Shown here one piece after another: positions 8,688-17,157 of a stretch of 64,000 bases of DNA. The stretch comes from Spirochaetales bacterium (lineage in GTDB: Bacteria > Spirochaetota > Spirochaetia > SZUA-6 > JAFGRV01): positions 3,437 to 67,436 of the forward strand of contig JAFGQK010000300.1 of assembly GCA_016935735.1 (NCBI GenBank). Direction: 5' to 3'. The position numbers and the translations under genes are program-made. A model generated the notes under the pieces. It did no database searches. It had not been told where the DNA came from and worked only from the letters and a program-made list of their open reading frames with translations. Numbering within the stretch: position 1 is the stretch's first letter; every line of letters begins with the position of its first letter.

Positions 8688-9866
8688 ATGGAATATACAG
8701 TAGGAACTAATTGGGATTTTGATTTAATAGATAAGATAAATTACCCTGAAGTAAAGTCGGTATTCGGAGGAATTCCCGATGCATTGATCGCAAGTGGAAG
8801 ATCATCCTTTATGATCAATCCGATTCAGGAAGAAAACCTGAAGAATTATATAGGTAAAGTGCACGAAAAGGGGTGGAAGTTCGAATTTAATGTCAATTCT
8901 GGTTGTATAGAAAATATCGAGTTAACACCGGCAGGGCATAAAAAAATATTGAAATATTTTGAGTGGATAGAAAGCCTGGGTGTTGATTCTGTTATTATTA
9001 GCATACCGAACTTAGTCCAGATAGTTAAAAAGTTTTTTCCGAAACTGGAAGTTAAAATATCAACCTATCAAAAAATAAATAGTGTGGAAATGGCCACCCG
9101 TTTTGAAGATATGGGAGCAGATGCGATAATGCTTTCAGAACATATAAACAGGGACTTCAAGCTTTTACAGGGAATAAGAAACAATATAAAGTGTAAATTG
9201 ATGCTGATCGCAAATGTGGGATGTGTTTATGCGTGTGCAAACATGCATAGCCATACAAACAGCGTAGCACACAGCGGTGCGGAATCAGCAATCAATACAA
9301 TATTAACCGAGGTGTATGCAGCGGATTGTTTATACAAAAGGATCAGCAATCCCGTGGAATTAATAAAATCACGCTGGATCAGACCGGAAGATGTCGGTTA
9401 CTACGAAGAAATAGGGATAGATATGTTTAAAATAATCGACAGGCATTCGAGTACAGAGGCCCTGGCAGAAAGAATGAAAGCATACCACGAAAGAAGTTAT
9501 GACGGTAATCTTATAGATTTACTTGGCCAGATCATCAACAAAAAAAAGGGTGCACCTATAGATATGGATAGAGTCTTTAATCTGAAAAATCCTGAAGATA
9601 TGAAAAAAGTGGAAAAATTCTTAGGGGTCTTAAATATCTTAATTTCCGATCTATATTACCTTGATAATAAAGCAATACCCGATGACTTTTTAGAAGAATT
9701 TAAAAAGAGAGATTGCAAAAGGATGTCCTGCCTGAAATGCGGTTACTGTAAAAAAATTGCAGACATGGTAATAAAGAAGACCCAGGATGACGAACAGATT
9801 CAAGGGACTATACATATGCTTAAAGAAGTAAAACAGGAGATACTTGACGGATCTTTACTTTATTAG
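8688..9866 (+). CDS. Peptidase U32 family protein (collagenase-like TIM barrel; the family that includes the Fe-S O2-independent hydroxylases UbiU/UbiV, RlhA and TrhP)
   Basis: Block-wise similarity to U32 proteins: N-terminus GTNWDFDLIDKINYPEVKSVFGG (compare AGNLEKL ... YGADAVY.GG); VDSVIISIPNLVQIV; LEVKISTYQKINSVEMATRFEDMGADAIMLSEHI; Cys-containing segment NVGCVYAC; C-terminal cluster CKRMSCLKCGYC. Confidence 0.6.
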   Translation: MEYTVGTNWDFDLIDKINYPEVKSVFGGIPDALIASGRSSFMINPIQEENLKNYIGKVHEKGWKFEFNVNSGCIENIELTPAGHKKILKYFEWIESLGVDSVIISIPNLVQIVKKFFPKLEVKISTYQKINSVEMATRFEDMGADAIMLSEHINRDFKLLQGIRNNIKCKLMLIANVGCVYACANMHSHTNSVAHSGAESAINTILTEVYAADCLYKRISNPVELIKSRWIRPEDVGYYEEIGIDMFKIIDRHSSTEALAERMKAYHERSYDGNLIDLLGQIINKKKGAPIDMDRVFNLKNPEDMKKVEKFLGVLNILISDLYYLDNKAIPDDFLEEFKKRDCKRMSCLKCGYCKKIADMVIKKTQDDEQIQGTIHMLKEVKQEILDGSLLY

Positions 9867-9990
9867 TTTGATAAGCCTTGTGCAGCACCTTAAAAAAACA
9901 ACAATTCGGGCCTTGACAAATGTTGAGGAATTCAACAAAATTACACCAATTGTCGTTTTTAAGAGGTGGTATTCAGTAACCTGAAAGTGG

Positions 9991-11154
9991 ATGATAAAAT
10001 ATAGTTTTGTGATACCTGCTTATAATAATAAACGGCTTCTCAAGAACACTCTGATAGCCTTGAATTATCAGGAGAATTTCGGAAAAGAAGATTACGAAGT
10101 TGTTATAATAGATGATGGCTCTGACGATAATACAGAAGCTTATATCAGTGATATAAACAAAAACTATGCTTGCCAGTACATTTACATTGAAAGAGACGAG
10201 AAATCCTGCCGGAGCAGAGCAAGGAATTACGGCTGGAATGCTGCAAAAGGCGGGGTAATAATTTTTATTGACTCGGATATATTAATTAATAGAAATTATT
10301 TAAAAGAAATCGAAAGATGTTTTGATATAGATGACAATATTATATTATTTGGTACAGTATTCAGGCTTAAAGAGGATATTTCCCTGGAAGATGTTGAAGA
10401 TGGAAGCATATTTAAACAATTTGTTTCAGGAATCAATAAAATAGAATATCTGGAAGAAAGGCATATTTTTTTTAATATTTTTTCCTATAATAATTATTTT
10501 CATCCTTTCAGTTGGAGTTTTGTTTTTAGCGGTAACGTCGCTGTATCCAGAAAAAACCTGAAGGCTATAGGCGGATTCGATGAAGCTTACGTGTGTTGGG
10601 GAGGAGAAGACACTGAATGGGGTTACAGGGCATATAATAATGGATTAAGGCTTGTATATAATCATAAACTTGAGGCATTGCATCAGTATCACCAGGAAGA
10701 GATACAGAAAAAAAATTCCAGTAATAAAGCCAATCTGGATTACTTTTTCAGAAAACATCCTCAAGCATTAAGTTTCTTACCGGAGGAATCAAGATATAAA
10801 GTCTTGTCTGGATTTTCAAAAAACGAGGAAAATACAATAAAAACTGAAGCTGAAATGAGAGACAGATTAATCAGGATACTTAATGATGTTGAAAAGAATA
10901 TACGAGATACAAATCAAAAAATAGAGATAACTGTTGCTTTGCGGGATAAAAATAGGTTTTTAGAGATAAAAGAAATAATTGACTTCTTATCAAAAAGACC
11001 GGGGATTTTATTAATAGTCAAGGATTATAATGAAACCGGTAATCTCGATGTATGGATTCAGTTAATGGGTAAAAGAGAAAGCACCCCAATGTATTACCCG
11101 ATGAATAGGGAAAAATTTGATGATTTTATCAGAAATTATAGAAGCAGCCTTTAG
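9991..11154 (+). CDS. Family-2 glycosyltransferase (GT-A fold) with a conserved C-terminal extension; paralog of 7344..8477
   Basis: YSFVIPAYNN ... VIIDDGSDDNT ... IIFIDSDILI. C-terminal LLIVKDYNETGNLDVWIQLMG. Confidence 0.8.
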   Translation: MIKYSFVIPAYNNKRLLKNTLIALNYQENFGKEDYEVVIIDDGSDDNTEAYISDINKNYACQYIYIERDEKSCRSRARNYGWNAAKGGVIIFIDSDILINRNYLKEIERCFDIDDNIILFGTVFRLKEDISLEDVEDGSIFKQFVSGINKIEYLEERHIFFNIFSYNNYFHPFSWSFVFSGNVAVSRKNLKAIGGFDEAYVCWGGEDTEWGYRAYNNGLRLVYNHKLEALHQYHQEEIQKKNSSNKANLDYFFRKHPQALSFLPEESRYKVLSGFSKNEENTIKTEAEMRDRLIRILNDVEKNIRDTNQKIEITVALRDKNRFLEIKEIIDFLSKRPGILLIVKDYNETGNLDVWIQLMGKRESTPMYYPMNREKFDDFIRNYRSSL

Positions 11155-11275
11155 GCAAACAGGAGATAGTAAGCTTTATTAAATCGATTAGTTCATATAA
11201 ATTCTATAAATAGGCAATATATAAAAAACGATCGGAAAGCGGTAGAGAATATAGTTAATTGGTATCATATACCAA

Positions 11276-11429
11276 CAATCTTTTGGATTGCCGGTATTTC
11301 CAATAGTAGTGGTTGCCTGAAAATTATCAGGACTAATTTATTATACTATAAAGAATTATTCACCATGCTAAATGTACCGATGAGGCAAATCACTTTATTA
11401 AGGAGTATATGTTATTTTACGCAAAATAA
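11276..11429 (+). promoter_or_regulatory. Structured leader element D1 (paralog of D2 at 14067..14181). It ends in an SD sequence plus the 6-codon uORF MLFYAK.
   Basis: About 70% identity to the region upstream of the 3HCDH gene. Conserved segments: ttttggatt..tatttccaat.gtagtggtt.gcc and ggcaaa.cactttat.aaggagtata.atg. Long-range complementarity agtggtt(t)gcc / ggcaaa(c)cact. Confidence 0.5.
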
Positions 11430-11436
11430 CAAAGTA

Positions 11437-11519
11437 TTGGCCGCCAGGTTAATAAGATCAGTATAATTTTAAAAGAACCTGGACAGTCTGTTAATTGGGT
11501 GGGCGTAACCAACGTTATG
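11437..11519 (+). repeat. Island-specific structured repeat element A, copy 1 (+ orientation)
   Basis: ttggccgccaggttaat ... aaaagaacctggacag ... gttaattgggtgggcgtaaccaacgttatg. Conserved internal inverted repeat ccaggtt/aacctgg. About 75-80% identical to copies at 16994..17080 (reverse) and 23066..23153. Confidence 0.7.
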
Positions 11520-11538
11520 TTAAATAAAAAGGAATAAG

Positions 11539-12273
11539 ATGCAGTATATTACCAAAAAGTTAATTGAAACCACTGGTATTATTGAGATTAATAATCCACC
11601 CCGGAATCTCATCGATGAACCGGAATTCCTCGATATCGATGATTTAAATGGCTGGATAATAAAAAACTCTTTAAAAGGAGTAATCATCAGAGGGGTGGGC
11701 AGGAATTTTTCCGCCGGTGCCAATAAAGAGAAATTTTACGAGAAAGTAATAACAAATAAGACAATGGAGGGGGAGTTCAGCCGGGGGAGAAAGATTCTTA
11801 ACTTTTTTGAGTCTCTGACCATACCCACCCTGGCCTTGATACAGGGGGCTTGTTTCGGGGCGGGTTTGGAAATTGCACTCAGTTGTCATTTAAGAATTTG
11901 CAGCGACAATGCCCTCATCGCCTTTCCTGAATCCAATTATGACCTGATGCCCGGTTTCACAGGCACCTACAGGTTACCCAGGTTAATCGGCAAAGGTAAA
12001 TCCCTTGAAATAATATTATCAGGGGAGATAATAGATCCGCTTAAGGCCCTGGCATACGGAATTGTGGATTATGTAAAACCGAAAAAGGAAGCTGATGATT
12101 TTGCCCTTGAATTGCTAAAAAAATTGACAGCGAACAGGCCGCTTCATGTGATCAATGCGATTACAAAATCAATAAATAATTATTTTCTGCTGGATAGAGA
12201 CTCTGCTTTAAAAGAGGAAGCCAAACTATTCTGTCAGCTGGTGAGACAAAAATATCATGATGAAAAAACTTGA
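11539..12273 (+). CDS. Enoyl-CoA hydratase/isomerase (crotonase-fold) family protein
   Basis: Crotonase-fold motifs: IIRGVGRNFSAGANKE, FGAGLEIALSCHLRI, FPESNYDLMPGFTGTYRLPRLIG. Confidence 0.75.
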   Translation: MQYITKKLIETTGIIEINNPPRNLIDEPEFLDIDDLNGWIIKNSLKGVIIRGVGRNFSAGANKEKFYEKVITNKTMEGEFSRGRKILNFFESLTIPTLALIQGACFGAGLEIALSCHLRICSDNALIAFPESNYDLMPGFTGTYRLPRLIGKGKSLEIILSGEIIDPLKALAYGIVDYVKPKKEADDFALELLKKLTANRPLHVINAITKSINNYFLLDRDSALKEEAKLFCQLVRQKYHDEKT

Positions 12274-12940
12274 TTCCATTCTTTGGGAAGAAGCGGATAG
12301 GATAGGTCATTTGATACTTAATGATCCTCCTGCTAATCCAATGGATGTTCATTTTTTTGAAATCCTGCAGCAGATAATAGATGTGAAGATTGATATCGAC
12401 AACATTGATGCTCTTGTGATATATGGACAGGGCAGACATTTTTCTGCCGGTGCGGATCTTGAAGATGTTACACGAGATGTGGTAACTGATACATTAAAAT
12501 ATCCTGATGCCTTGTGCCGGAATAGCCGGGCTTTTTCCTTTTTTTCGGACATGACTATACCGGTGATTGCTTTAATAAATGGGGTTTGTCTGGGATCAGC
12601 TCTTGAACTGGTCTTATGCTGCCACATCAGAATTGCCGGCAATACTGCCCTTTTAGGATTGCCCGAGTCCACCTTCGACTTGATGCCGGGCTGTGGAGGA
12701 ACACAAAGATTGGTGGATATAGTCGGCCTGTCTAAAGCCATGGAAATGATTTTTACAGGTAGTAATTTGAATGCAAAAGAAGCACTGGAAGCCGGTTTAG
12801 TGGATGCTGTTTTCCCAAAGACGAATATTACAACAGAAGCCACCAGGCTGGCAAAAGGTATTGCTGAAAATTATCAAAAGCACGATAAGAGACAATATAT
12901 AAAAAAATATTTATCCGGGCAGGTGACAAAATATGAGTAA
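12257..12940 (+). CDS. Enoyl-CoA hydratase/isomerase (crotonase-fold) family protein, second tandem copy
   Basis: GQGRHFSAGADLE; LGSALELVLCCHIRIA; LPESTFDLMPGCGGTQRL. Overlaps the preceding gene by 17 nt. Confidence 0.75.
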   Translation: MMKKLDSILWEEADRIGHLILNDPPANPMDVHFFEILQQIIDVKIDIDNIDALVIYGQGRHFSAGADLEDVTRDVVTDTLKYPDALCRNSRAFSFFSDMTIPVIALINGVCLGSALELVLCCHIRIAGNTALLGLPESTFDLMPGCGGTQRLVDIVGLSKAMEMIFTGSNLNAKEALEAGLVDAVFPKTNITTEATRLAKGIAENYQKHDKRQYIKKYLSGQVTKYE

Positions 12941-14048
12941 TAAATATGTAAAACTGATGGGCTGCGGTTCCTATCTGCCGGGCAAGCCTGTACCTTTTGA
13001 TGATGTGGATAAAGTATTGGGCTGTTTTACAAAAGCTCCACCCCAAATTATCAAGTGGTTGGAAAATATCAAACCGGTGATGAAAGAGATCCTGGAAGTA
13101 AAGTATTATCATTATGCCATTGATCCCGAAACCCGGGAATTTACGGAAGATAATCTGAGTCTTTGTGTAAAAGCTGCAGGGAAGGCGTTAGCCGACTGCG
13201 GCATGGAACCCGGTGATATTGATTTTATCATCTACGGAGGGCCCTACCTGTACCAGATGCCTTGCCTTTCAGTACAGATTCAGGATGCCCTGGGTATTGA
13301 AAACTGTGCAGAAATGTCCATCCAGGCAAACTGTACATCCGCCTACAAGGCGCTGATGACGGCTTATCACCTGATTCGTGACGGGGGCTGTAGGACACCC
13401 CTGGTACTTTCTTCGAATATGCCCAGTGCCCAGTTAAGGGTTGAACATTATCACCAGGAAATTGTCAGGAAAGAAGACCTGTTTTTGCGCTGGTTTTTAT
13501 GTGACGGGGCCGGGGCGTTGATTCTGCAGGAAAGTAATGAGAGATCAAAGGGATTTTACATTGAAAATGTCTATCTGGAATCACCCGGTAGGAGGAAACC
13601 TTCAGCAATGTATACGAACTGGCCGGGATATTATCTCAATCCGCAGGAGGTTTATGAAAAGGGTCTCCATCACTTGAAACAGATGTTTCAAAAGCAGTTA
13701 ACCGAACATTTTCACGAGGAAGGGGGAACTATTTTTTTTAAAGGATTGATGCGGATGATCGAAAAATGCAACATCGATCTCGGCCGGCTTAAATACCTGC
13801 AGATAAATATGCCTTCCAGGCATGTGGTGGATTTGATCATCGATGAGTGTAAAGTCCTGGGAATAGAGAAAGAGCAGATATATTCATCATTGAGTGAATA
13901 CGGATATACCGGGCCTCCTGCAGCCTTTATTTCCATAGACCAATTTGTGAAAGAAAAGAAATTAAACCACGGTGATTTACTGATCAGCTTTGTGACCGAG
14001 GTAAGTAAGTTTATGCAAGCCGGTTTCAGTTTATCTTATTTTGAATGA
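12933..14048 (+). CDS. Thiolase-fold condensing enzyme: 3-oxoacyl-ACP synthase III (FabH)-like, or alternatively an HMG-CoA-synthase-like enzyme
   Basis: FabH-like layout: VKAAGKALADCGMEPGDIDFIIY; candidate nucleophile IQANCTSAYKAL; His in NMPSRHVVD. Length 371 aa. Distinguishing FabH from HMGS would need HMM scoring. Confidence 0.55.
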   Translation: MSNKYVKLMGCGSYLPGKPVPFDDVDKVLGCFTKAPPQIIKWLENIKPVMKEILEVKYYHYAIDPETREFTEDNLSLCVKAAGKALADCGMEPGDIDFIIYGGPYLYQMPCLSVQIQDALGIENCAEMSIQANCTSAYKALMTAYHLIRDGGCRTPLVLSSNMPSAQLRVEHYHQEIVRKEDLFLRWFLCDGAGALILQESNERSKGFYIENVYLESPGRRKPSAMYTNWPGYYLNPQEVYEKGLHHLKQMFQKQLTEHFHEEGGTIFFKGLMRMIEKCNIDLGRLKYLQINMPSRHVVDLIIDECKVLGIEKEQIYSSLSEYGYTGPPAAFISIDQFVKEKKLNHGDLLISFVTEVSKFMQAGFSLSYFE

Positions 14049-14066
14049 CGGGGAATTTATTGACAA

Positions 14067-14181
14067 TGTTTTGGATTATCAGTATTTCCAATCGTAGTGG
14101 TTTGCCAATTATTTATATTATAAAAAATTATTTCTCACCTCAAATCGTCAGGTGGGGCAAACCACTTTATAAGGAGTATAA
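14067..14181 (+). promoter_or_regulatory. Structured leader element D2 (paralog of D1), immediately upstream of the 3HCDH start. Contains a TTGACA hexamer at 14060..14065.
   Basis: An 11-bp long-range stem agtggtttgcc (14096..14106) / ggcaaaccact (14156..14166) encloses an inner hairpin cacct ... aggtg and an AT-rich segment. The SD aaggag lies just 3' of the stem. Confidence 0.5.
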
Positions 14182-15351
14182 ATGATACAATGCGTCGGTG
14201 TGATTGGTACAGGGAAAATGGGTACCAATATTCTCGATTACCTGTTACATTATGATTTTAAACTCAGATGGAAGTGCCACTACGAAAAAGATGTGTCAGT
14301 TCTGGATTCATTAATAGATCGAAAAGTAAAGCGTGTGCTGAAAATGCAGGAGCGTTATGATGAAAATACTTTTATACAGTACAGGGGGCGGATACAGATA
14401 AGCAGTTCGATTTACGTGTTAAAAGGTTGTGATCTGATTATTGAATCGGTAACGGAAGATAAAACGGTCAAGACCGATGTATTCCGTCAACTGAATCAAA
14501 TTATCACTCCCGAAACTATCTGTGTAACCAATACTTCCAGTCTGGATCCGGGCCTTCTGTTTCAGGGGTATAATCATAAAAATCGTTGCGGGGGCTACCA
14601 TTTTTTTTATCCCATACATTATAAAAATATCGTGGAAATCAATTGTACAGAGCAGACGGACAAAGCGACCCGGGAAATGTTAATTCATTTTTCAGAAAGT
14701 ATAAAAAAGCAGTACCTCATTCTTGATGAACCGGACCATTTTATATTGAATCGTATATTCTGCCCCCTCCAGGCACAGGCTTATCTTTTTCTGCAGGAAG
14801 GGATACTTACTGTTGATGAACTGGATAGTTTAATCCGGGAAAAAGTTTTTCCAATAGGTGTATTCGAGTTTATCGATTCAGTGGGGATAGATATAATCAG
14901 CACTTCTGTAAAAAATTATCTTTCCCATTATGCTCATAAGGAGTTTTTTAATCCCTGGATAGAGGCTATGGAGCAAATGGTTGCAACAGGAAACCTGGGT
15001 AAAAAAAGCGGCCAGGGATTTTACCGTTATTTGAAAGGGGGAAAACAGGCTATGATTTTTAATAATCAAAACAAAAACCCGCAGGCCCCCGGAGAATATA
15101 AACAAAGGGTCACTGATATGCTGGAAGCCCTCTATTTAAACGGATTCTGCCATGAAACAGGCAATATTCCCCCGGGAATTCTGGATAATGCAATAAAGGA
15201 ATATTGGGGAATGGATACGGGACCCCTTGATTTGTTGAAAAAAAGCGCCATCAATCAGCTGCGTTTAATGGAATTTTATAAAATGACAGGGAATGAATTT
15301 TATAAACCCGCGGCTGCCTGGGAAGGAGTGAACCAATTAAAAGAAAAGTAG
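14182..15351 (+). CDS. 3-hydroxyacyl-CoA dehydrogenase family protein (NAD-binding)
   Basis: Rossmann motif VGVIGTGKMG. 3HCDH signatures CDLIIESVTEDKTVK ... TNTSSL. C-terminal 3HCDH_C-like helical domain. Confidence 0.8.
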   Translation: MIQCVGVIGTGKMGTNILDYLLHYDFKLRWKCHYEKDVSVLDSLIDRKVKRVLKMQERYDENTFIQYRGRIQISSSIYVLKGCDLIIESVTEDKTVKTDVFRQLNQIITPETICVTNTSSLDPGLLFQGYNHKNRCGGYHFFYPIHYKNIVEINCTEQTDKATREMLIHFSESIKKQYLILDEPDHFILNRIFCPLQAQAYLFLQEGILTVDELDSLIREKVFPIGVFEFIDSVGIDIISTSVKNYLSHYAHKEFFNPWIEAMEQMVATGNLGKKSGQGFYRYLKGGKQAMIFNNQNKNPQAPGEYKQRVTDMLEALYLNGFCHETGNIPPGILDNAIKEYWGMDTGPLDLLKKSAINQLRLMEFYKMTGNEFYKPAAAWEGVNQLKEK

Positions 15352-16562
15352 TGATTAGCGGAATTGATATGATAACGGCCCTGGGATTGAATTATCAAAC
15401 CTGTTGGGAGAATTTGAAGAACGGACAGTCCGGGGTAAAAAAAATAACTCTTTTTGATCCGGAAGATAATGAAACCCGGATAGCTGCCCAATTACCCGAT
15501 GGTTTTGAAGAGTACGCCCGCGGTTATTATACCCGGAGACTTAAGCAGCAGATGACCCGGGTAACAAGAATGGCGTATGTCTGCGCTATTAATGCGGTGA
15601 ATAACAGCAGGATCGACTTTAACATGTTTGATCCTCTGCGGGTGGGTGTTATCCTGGGAATCGTGGATACCGGTTATAACAGCCTGGAACAGGAAGAAAG
15701 TGAGGACAATAGAATCCTGAAATCGATGAACAATGCTCCCTGTGCCTTATTATCCATCAAGTATAAGATTGAAGGCCCCTGTTTTCCTGTTAGCACCGCC
15801 TGCTCTTCCTCCGGGTATGCCATCGGTCTTGGGTATGATCTTATCGATAACAATAGATGTGATGCTGTTATTGTCGGGGGGGCGGATTCAACCCTGAGTC
15901 CGGAACAGGTGCGGGGATTCAACGAGTTATACGCTTTAAGTGTGAATAACCCGGAACCGGAAAAGGCCTCTTGTCCCTTCAGCCGGGAACGTGATGGTTT
16001 TGTGATCGGTGAAGGGGCTGGTATGCTTATCCTGGAATCCGAAGAGTCCGCATTAAAACGCAATGCGGAAATCTATGGGGAAATCGCCGGTTATGCGATG
16101 ACGACGGAAGCCTATAATTTACTTTCCCCGAAAAAGGATGGCGAGGGTATGGTGCGAACAATGGAACTTGCCGTCAAAAACGCCGGGATGACCGTTAATG
16201 ATATTGATTATATCAACGCCCATGGGACATCGACCTTCCTCAATGACCTCTGTGAAACCATGGCCATCAAAGCGCTTTTCAAAGAAAGGGCTTATTCTAT
16301 TCCTGTCACTTCGAGTAAATCAATGATCGGTCATACTATAGGGGCTGCCGGGGCTATAGAATCGATCATAACCGCTTTAAGTATAAAGGAAGGAATCCTT
16401 ACACCTACCATAAATCTGGAGTTTAATGACCCGGAATTGGATCTTGATTATGTTCCTTGCAAAGCCAGGAAGCAGGTTATCAACACCGGACTTTCCAATT
16501 CTTTCGCTTTTGGAGGACACAATGTTTCTATTGTTATTAAAAAGGCCTTTCGTAATCTTTGA
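15351..16562 (+). CDS. Beta-ketoacyl-ACP synthase (FabF/FabB-like KS, active-site Cys present)
   Basis: VSTACSSSGYAIG (catalytic Cys), HGTST and GHTIGAAG His motifs. GTG start overlaps the preceding TAG stop. Confidence 0.85.
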   Translation: MISGIDMITALGLNYQTCWENLKNGQSGVKKITLFDPEDNETRIAAQLPDGFEEYARGYYTRRLKQQMTRVTRMAYVCAINAVNNSRIDFNMFDPLRVGVILGIVDTGYNSLEQEESEDNRILKSMNNAPCALLSIKYKIEGPCFPVSTACSSSGYAIGLGYDLIDNNRCDAVIVGGADSTLSPEQVRGFNELYALSVNNPEPEKASCPFSRERDGFVIGEGAGMLILESEESALKRNAEIYGEIAGYAMTTEAYNLLSPKKDGEGMVRTMELAVKNAGMTVNDIDYINAHGTSTFLNDLCETMAIKALFKERAYSIPVTSSKSMIGHTIGAAGAIESIITALSIKEGILTPTINLEFNDPELDLDYVPCKARKQVINTGLSNSFAFGGHNVSIVIKKAFRNL

Positions 16563-16658
16563 AGGTTTCATCACCGGAAAAACAGGAGTATTGATCAAAA
16601 TTTCTTATTGTAATATAATGTGTCAAATTGCACAAAATTTATAAGGTGGAGTATGTTA

Positions 16659-16961
16659 ATGAAAAAGATAACTGAAAATACACGTGCCGAGGTTAAAGAT
16701 ATCATATTTGACTTTTTAGCCGATGCATGTGAAATAGAGAAATCGGAATTAAATGAAGATATGAAAATTATCGAAGAATTGGGGGGCGATTCCCTGATGT
16801 TCTTAAGTATGCTGGAAATATTCAAGAAAAAATATAATTTGAATGTTGAACTGAAAGCCATCGGCAAATATATCTTAAAACATCCTGCAGAAACAATCGG
16901 GGAAATCATTGATGCTACTTTAGTAATTATTGAGTATGAAAATAGGATTGTTGACATGTAA
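16659..16961 (+). CDS. Acyl carrier protein
   Basis: LGGDSLMFLSMLE phosphopantetheine-attachment (DSL) motif. Start chosen at the ATG 8 nt after SD aaggtgg. The listed ORF extends further upstream. Confidence 0.75.
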   Translation: MKKITENTRAEVKDIIFDFLADACEIEKSELNEDMKIIEELGGDSLMFLSMLEIFKKKYNLNVELKAIGKYILKHPAETIGEIIDATLVIIEYENRIVDM

Positions 16962-16993
16962 CCGATAGTTCCCCCGGGCTGTCGAACTTATAG

Positions 16994-17080
16994 CATAACG
17001 TTGACTACGCCCACGACCCGGATAATGAGCTGTCCAGGCTCCAATTAATTATACTAATCTGTTTAACCTGGCGGCAGGCG
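16994..17080 (-). repeat. Repeat element A, copy 2 (reverse orientation)
   Basis: Its reverse complement reads cctgccgccaggttaaacagattagtataatt ... cctggacag ... gggcgtagtcaacgttatg, homologous to A1 and A3. Confidence 0.7.
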
Positions 17081-17085
17081 TTTAT

Positions 17086-17134
17086 CTATTTTGTTTAAAA
17101 TCTTGTTATTTTAACAAGATTTTAAACAAAATAG
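17086..17134. repeat. Perfect 49-bp palindrome P1 (23-bp arms, 3-nt centre)
   Basis: ctattttgtttaaaatcttgtta ttt taacaagattttaaacaaaatag. Homologous to P2 at 23012..23061. Confidence 0.85.
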
Positions 17135-17157
17135 TATATATAAGGAAGTTTTATTGC

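Noticed and set aside
8614-8706. 30-codon ORF (MDVFYQRLSSRPKAKIIILTGGINIWNIQ) upstream of the U32 gene as a possible RiPP precursor
   Set aside because: It is out of frame with and overlaps the U32 start, has no SD, and lies within an inverted repeat (ggtctac ... gtagacc). More likely a regulatory hairpin than a peptide gene.
16595-16957. 120-aa minus-strand ORF
   Set aside because: It is antisense to the acyl carrier protein gene, which has a clear DSL motif and SD sequence. A shadow ORF.
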